Translations under genes and position numbers: made by a program
In this document: positions 59,948 to 64,000 of the stretch, one piece after another
How the letters are laid out: the number at the start of each line of letters is the position of its first letter
How positions within the stretch are numbered: the first letter of the stretch is position 1
Assembly (NCBI GenBank): GCA_040375445.1
Contig: JBEISK010000003.1
Span: 2,216-66,215, forward strand
Direction of reading: 5' to 3'
Length of the DNA stretch: 64,000 bases
DNA from: Gammaproteobacteria bacterium
GTDB taxonomy: Bacteria; Cyanobacteriota; Vampirovibrionia; Vampirovibrionales; JAJTHC01
Notes under the pieces: generated by a model
Database searches by the model: none
What the model was told of the DNA's origin: nothing
The model's input: only the letters and a program-made list of their open reading frames with translations

Positions 59948-62280
59948 GACTCATCAGTAGGGGGTAAGGGCTTTATAGGCTTTAAGACTGAGGCTTTGCT
60001 CACATTAAGCTTTCCTGAGAAAGGGTTAGCCTTACCTAGCGTTAAACTCGTTTTATTTACCATTTGAGCGGGTGCCTGTTTTTCAAAGGCTAGGTGTTCT
60101 TCAGCTTGAACTTCCATAAGGGGGCTTAAAACCAAGTCTGTTGCTACAGAAGTTTCTTCTCTGACTAAGCGTGCTGCCTGATCAAGTACTTCATTGGCTT
60201 GATTCACGGACTGTTCCGCTAAAACCGATGCTTGCGTATAGCCGTTTGTAAACATGTCTTCAAACGTATAAATGGGGATACTTTGGTTTTTTCCACGCAC
60301 TTTAATGCTGCCTAGGCTATTTATTTCAGAACCCAGATGAATGTTCTGGCATTGTTTTAATGTATTTTCTGAAAAAATAAGGGAGGTATGAAAAACTTTG
60401 GTTTGATCCTGCAGACGAGCTGCTGTATTGACAGTATCTCCAATAGCCGTGTATTCAAGCTTATTTTTAGGGCCCACAAAGCCCACAAAGGCAAAGCCAC
60501 TATTGACAGCAACCCCAATACTAAAGTCAATGTTTCGCTCTTTCTTCCATTTTACCGCCAATGATTCACTAGCGGCAATCATTTTACGCCCCGCCCGAAG
60601 TGCCATATCCGCATGTTGGGTGGATTCAAGAGGGGCTCCAAACATAATTAAGGCACCATCCCCTAAAAATTTGTCCACCGTGCCACGATATTCATTGGCA
60701 ATTTCTTCAATTTGTGTGTACCATGTATTCAGAATTTCTGTCACTTCTTTGGGTGGTAAGTTTTCAGAAAGCTTGGTGAAATTACGAATATCCACAAACA
60801 TACTACTAATGTCAATCCTTTTTCCACCAGCCGCCAGCCGTGTTTTTTTGGTTTTGATTTCTCTTAAAACCGATTTCGATACCAATTGAGACATATTCAA
60901 TTCTAAGTTACGAAGATTTTTTTCTTCCACGATTCTCCAGTAATATTCAGCAACGATTAAAGAAATCAACGCCACTGCTGGTGGCGTAACAAAAGGATAA
61001 ATAATGTTGAATGATTTAGGCATAAAACACGCAAATAAAGTATATAAAGAAATACTAGTGAAGCTCAAAATCATCGGGAATATGGGCTTTCGAATCAATA
61101 AGCGAGGTAAAAAGCTCATCATAGATAACAAAGCCATTGCCACCCAAAGATGCCAATTAGGGGCCTTGTGTAAGGTCTGTTTTTGCTGAATATTGTCAAT
61201 CGCAGTGGCCACGATATCCGCTTCAAGATGTCTTTCATGTAAAACGGTACGTTGTGTTAAGGCACTCATAGAAGTTAAGTTGGTAAGCACCACCGTGCGT
61301 CCCTTAAATTTAGACATCAAGGCAGGGTCATAATTCTGGTACAAGGTCAGCATATCAGTTACAGGGCGTGTAGAAAAAACATCCCCATAATAGTAACCAC
61401 TATTTTTAGACCACCTTAGCATAATGCGTCCATGGTCGTCTGCCTTGACTTGAAGCATCTTGGTTCTGTCCATACGATTGGGGAACACGGTAATAAGCTT
61501 CCCTTCATGAAAGGTGTTTCTTTCTTTGCTTTCCAACCAGGAGGCATTATTTGTATGGCTTTGCCCATTAAAGTGTTGCATCAAGCCCGATACCGCCATG
61601 CTAGGAGTAGGGGGGGGGGCTTGCCTCATGTAGTGAAACTCGTTAAAATCTTGTGGGGCATAAACGAGTGGGAAAAATAGATTGTCTATATTCTTACTGG
61701 TAAGGTCTTCCACATTTTGATCGCCTTGACCATAGATCCCCAAACGTTCATCCCCTATATGACGCTCACCTTCAAGTAATTTAGAAACAGGGTAGCCTTG
61801 TGTGATTTTTAGGGTGCCTGTTTCCCAACTCTGCCATTTGGTGTTGTAGGTATGCTCTGGTGTTAAGGCTAGCACTACATTGGGGATTTTTAAAGTTTGT
61901 AAATCTTTCAGTAGGCTATTATAAAAATGATTGTTTAAGCTGTTGGTGTGAAAACGTTTTTTTAAAAAATCGGTAGATTTATCATCTAAGCCTAAAATAA
62001 GGGTCTCTTCACTTAGTGAGGCTTCTGTTTTTTGTTGCCATTTCATATATTGCTTTAACGCTTCATATTCCGCCGAAGGCAATGAATACAAAAGAATGAT
62101 CATTAAGATCAACAAAACTCCCCCTAAAAAAAACTGTGATTTTAAGGTGATTAACCATGTTTTAAGGGAATCATTAATTTGCACAATTAGAGACCTTAGT
62201 AGTAAATATTGAGACGTCCTTAATATATCGAGACTTTGCTTGATTACTGAACCCCCTTCCTTCCAATAATGGAGGAGCAA
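59944..62280 (-). CDS. CHASE2 sensor-domain adenylate/guanylate cyclase (class III) with C-terminal extension
   Basis: Periplasmic CHASE2-like region between TM segments. Cyclase catalytic core (FVDIRNFTKLSE...GTVDKFLGDGALIMFGAP...GVAVNSGFAFVGFVG). About 120 extra C-terminal residues. Confidence 0.8.
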   Translation of the reverse strand: MLLHYWKEGGSVIKQSLDILRTSQYLLLRSLIVQINDSLKTWLITLKSQFFLGGVLLILMIILLYSLPSAEYEALKQYMKWQQKTEASLSEETLILGLDDKSTDFLKKRFHTNSLNNHFYNSLLKDLQTLKIPNVVLALTPEHTYNTKWQSWETGTLKITQGYPVSKLLEGERHIGDERLGIYGQGDQNVEDLTSKNIDNLFFPLVYAPQDFNEFHYMRQAPPPTPSMAVSGLMQHFNGQSHTNNASWLESKERNTFHEGKLITVFPNRMDRTKMLQVKADDHGRIMLRWSKNSGYYYGDVFSTRPVTDMLTLYQNYDPALMSKFKGRTVVLTNLTSMSALTQRTVLHERHLEADIVATAIDNIQQKQTLHKAPNWHLWVAMALLSMMSFLPRLLIRKPIFPMILSFTSISLYTLFACFMPKSFNIIYPFVTPPAVALISLIVAEYYWRIVEEKNLRNLELNMSQLVSKSVLREIKTKKTRLAAGGKRIDISSMFVDIRNFTKLSENLPPKEVTEILNTWYTQIEEIANEYRGTVDKFLGDGALIMFGAPLESTQHADMALRAGRKMIAASESLAVKWKKERNIDFSIGVAVNSGFAFVGFVGPKNKLEYTAIGDTVNTAARLQDQTKVFHTSLIFSENTLKQCQNIHLGSEINSLGSIKVRGKNQSIPIYTFEDMFTNGYTQASVLAEQSVNQANEVLDQAARLVREETSVATDLVLSPLMEVQAEEHLAFEKQAPAQMVNKTSLTLGKANPFSGKLNVSKASVLKPIKPLPPTDES

Positions 62281-62350
62281 TACAATTTTGTGATTATTAG
62301 ATACAATACAAATATAGACGCCCCCTAACTAAAGAAATCTATCCTCCCTT

Positions 62351-63220
62351 ATGCTAGACACTTACCTTATTGCCAATATCAAAGAGGTTGGGCTCATCCG
62401 TTGGGAATATACGGGGCATCCTTTGCAAGTGTATATCGCTCCGTTTCAGTGGTACCAAAAGGAAAAACAGGACAATGCCAAGCATTACGAGCAAATGATT
62501 TGGCAAGGCTTTGAATTGTGGTCACGCCTTTCAGGGGGTGTTATTACCTTTCATCGTGTTGCCACACTCCATGACTCTCAAATCAACGTCGTATGGCGAC
62601 GGGTAAACAGAAAAAGCCTTGGACATTGCGAATATACGTGGGATCCTAAAGGTCGTATCTATTCTGCGGAAATTTCTATTGGCTTAACCGACGGGAGCGT
62701 TCATCATTATTATGACAATCCTGAAGAAGTTAAACGCACGATTTTACATGAAATCGGGCATGCCTTGGGGCTAGGGCATAGCAATCATATACGAGACATT
62801 ATGTACCCCACGCATCAAATCGGCGTCAATCAAATTTCCATGCGAGATGTAGAAACCTTAAGATGGCTTTATAAGCTACCCGCTGGTTTTGATTATTTAA
62901 GTGAAGCCCAACGGCTGGGCTTACCTATGGAATCACGCATTGACGAGGTGGTGGAAGTAATGTATCTCACCCCTTCTTATTCAGCCACGTCCCAAAGTAT
63001 TGAGACATCAACGTTTACGACGGTTTTAGAAGACGTTCAGGCGGGAGGGAAGGGGTTAGATATTCAAGCCCAGCAAGACTTGCTTACTCAAAAAGGACGT
63101 TATTTAATGGCAACCAGCTTGATTCAAGTTGAGCCACTTCATATCGTTCAGCCGCCTACGTTTGAGGCGGCACCCAAAAAACCTACATCCTTATGGATAC
63201 CCCCTAAAAAACGCCCTTGA
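62351..63220 (+). CDS. matrixin-like zinc metalloprotease (M10 family)
   Basis: HEIGHALGLGHS zinc-binding motif followed by a Met-turn (IMYP). Confidence 0.75.
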   Translation: MLDTYLIANIKEVGLIRWEYTGHPLQVYIAPFQWYQKEKQDNAKHYEQMIWQGFELWSRLSGGVITFHRVATLHDSQINVVWRRVNRKSLGHCEYTWDPKGRIYSAEISIGLTDGSVHHYYDNPEEVKRTILHEIGHALGLGHSNHIRDIMYPTHQIGVNQISMRDVETLRWLYKLPAGFDYLSEAQRLGLPMESRIDEVVEVMYLTPSYSATSQSIETSTFTTVLEDVQAGGKGLDIQAQQDLLTQKGRYLMATSLIQVEPLHIVQPPTFEAAPKKPTSLWIPPKKRP

Positions 63221-63842
63221 AAAAAGACAAAAAAAACCTGTAGCGAAATAAATCTACTACAGGGGGACATAGGCATATCATAGGGAGGAGAAAAGAGAGG
63301 GAGGGAAATTAGTTTAGCAGGGGATTTAGCCGTTTGACTTGGGGTGTTCAGGGAGTTCAAAATTTCGATGCCCTTTTAGATAGGGGTACAGAGCCTCCGG
63401 TGAAGAGAGGTGGAGGGTCTGTACGACGTGCAAAGACAGAACGAAATTGGGTGGCGTACCCAAAAAAGAAAGAAGGCGATTGCACGAAATCGAAAACTGA
63501 ACATTGGAACATTAAGAAGGGGGGTGGATATTTTCTTGAAGAGAGGGAAGTGTGGGGTGTGATTCGCTTGATTTGCTTGCGTCTCACACCTTAATAAAGG
63601 CATGCACGGGTTTAGAATTGCCTAATTGTAACACTTTGTAAATGCCTGTTTTTTAAACGATTAAAAAAGCCTTATTTTTTTAAGATTTAATGGGTAGAGG
63701 AGACACTTTTCTAGACTTTTGAAAAGCCTTCTATAAGAATGCTACCCAAAGCCCCCTAAACTAAGGAGAGCTTTGCATTTTTATACCTTTTCACTCGATA
63801 CCTAAATAAAACTCATTCTTAAAAATAAAAAGGCTTCCCTGC

Positions 63843-64000
63843 ATGCGTTTGACGTCTTGGATGACACTCCTTACACTACTTGTCTTGCATCCCCCCACAT
63901 GGGCAGCGGTGCCGTACCGTCCCGCGCCCAATACCCCCGCTTACCTGCAATTTAAAGCCTACAATGAACCCGCTGGCTTTGTGGAACATGACTTGTGGTG
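63843..64000 (+). CDS. start of a secreted hypothetical protein (runs off the window end)
   Basis: ATG at 63843 followed by signal-peptide-like MRLTSWMTLLTLLVLHPPTWAAVPY. The frame is open to the window end. Confidence 0.3.
   Translation, partial: MRLTSWMTLLTLLVLHPPTWAAVPYRPAPNTPAYLQFKAYNEPAGFVEHDLW

Noticed and set aside
59944-62280. CBASS-type anti-phage cyclase
   Set aside because: The cyclase is a class III adenylate cyclase with a CHASE2 sensor, not a CD-NTase, and no effector gene is operonic with it.

Overview
The window is mostly core chromosome from a bacterium of about 48-50% GC. The clearest landmark is a minus-strand block rplJ-rplL-rpoB-rpoC1-rpoC2 in which rpoC is split into two genes (591 aa and 1322 aa). 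Split rpoC is the cyanobacterial-lineage (Cyanobacteriota, including the non-photosynthetic Vampirovibrionia/Melainabacteria) and plastid arrangement. No photosynthesis genes are visible, and waaA (Kdo transferase) points to a diderm envelope. Other housekeeping genes: sufB (5' partial), secD/secF, purH, proC, queG, valS, guaA, ruvX (yqgF), holA-like, a group-3 sigma factor, cdaA with a convergent PgpH-like HD phosphodiesterase, a MurT-like Mur ligase, pip, several ABC permeases, two AI-2E transporters, one tRNA-Arg(TCT), a CHASE2 adenylate cyclase and a matrixin-like metalloprotease. The intergenic DNA carries far more repeats than the genes would suggest. There is a family of short GC hairpin elements (CCCTCYCC...GGRGAGGG). 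There is a roughly 300-bp MITE-like element with about 32-bp terminal inverted repeats in three copies (about 26840-27320, 37042-37320 and 50218-50525). A nine-unit tandem array of 21-bp dyad-symmetric repeats fills the whole gap between proC and a small gene with a C-terminal ribbon-helix-helix fold. Candidate accessory or novel loci: (i) a strongly AT-rich, probably horizontally acquired 288-aa ORF (57447-58313) next to an HD-domain protein; (ii) the iteron-like array plus RHH protein; (iii) an orphan HNH/LHH-like nuclease after valS; (iv) a pilM-pilN fusion plus pilO-like gene with Thr/Pro-rich tails and no secretin; (v) an AT-rich ORF plus MITE next to the tRNA. All functional calls rest on motifs read from the ORF translations. 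No database searches were possible.
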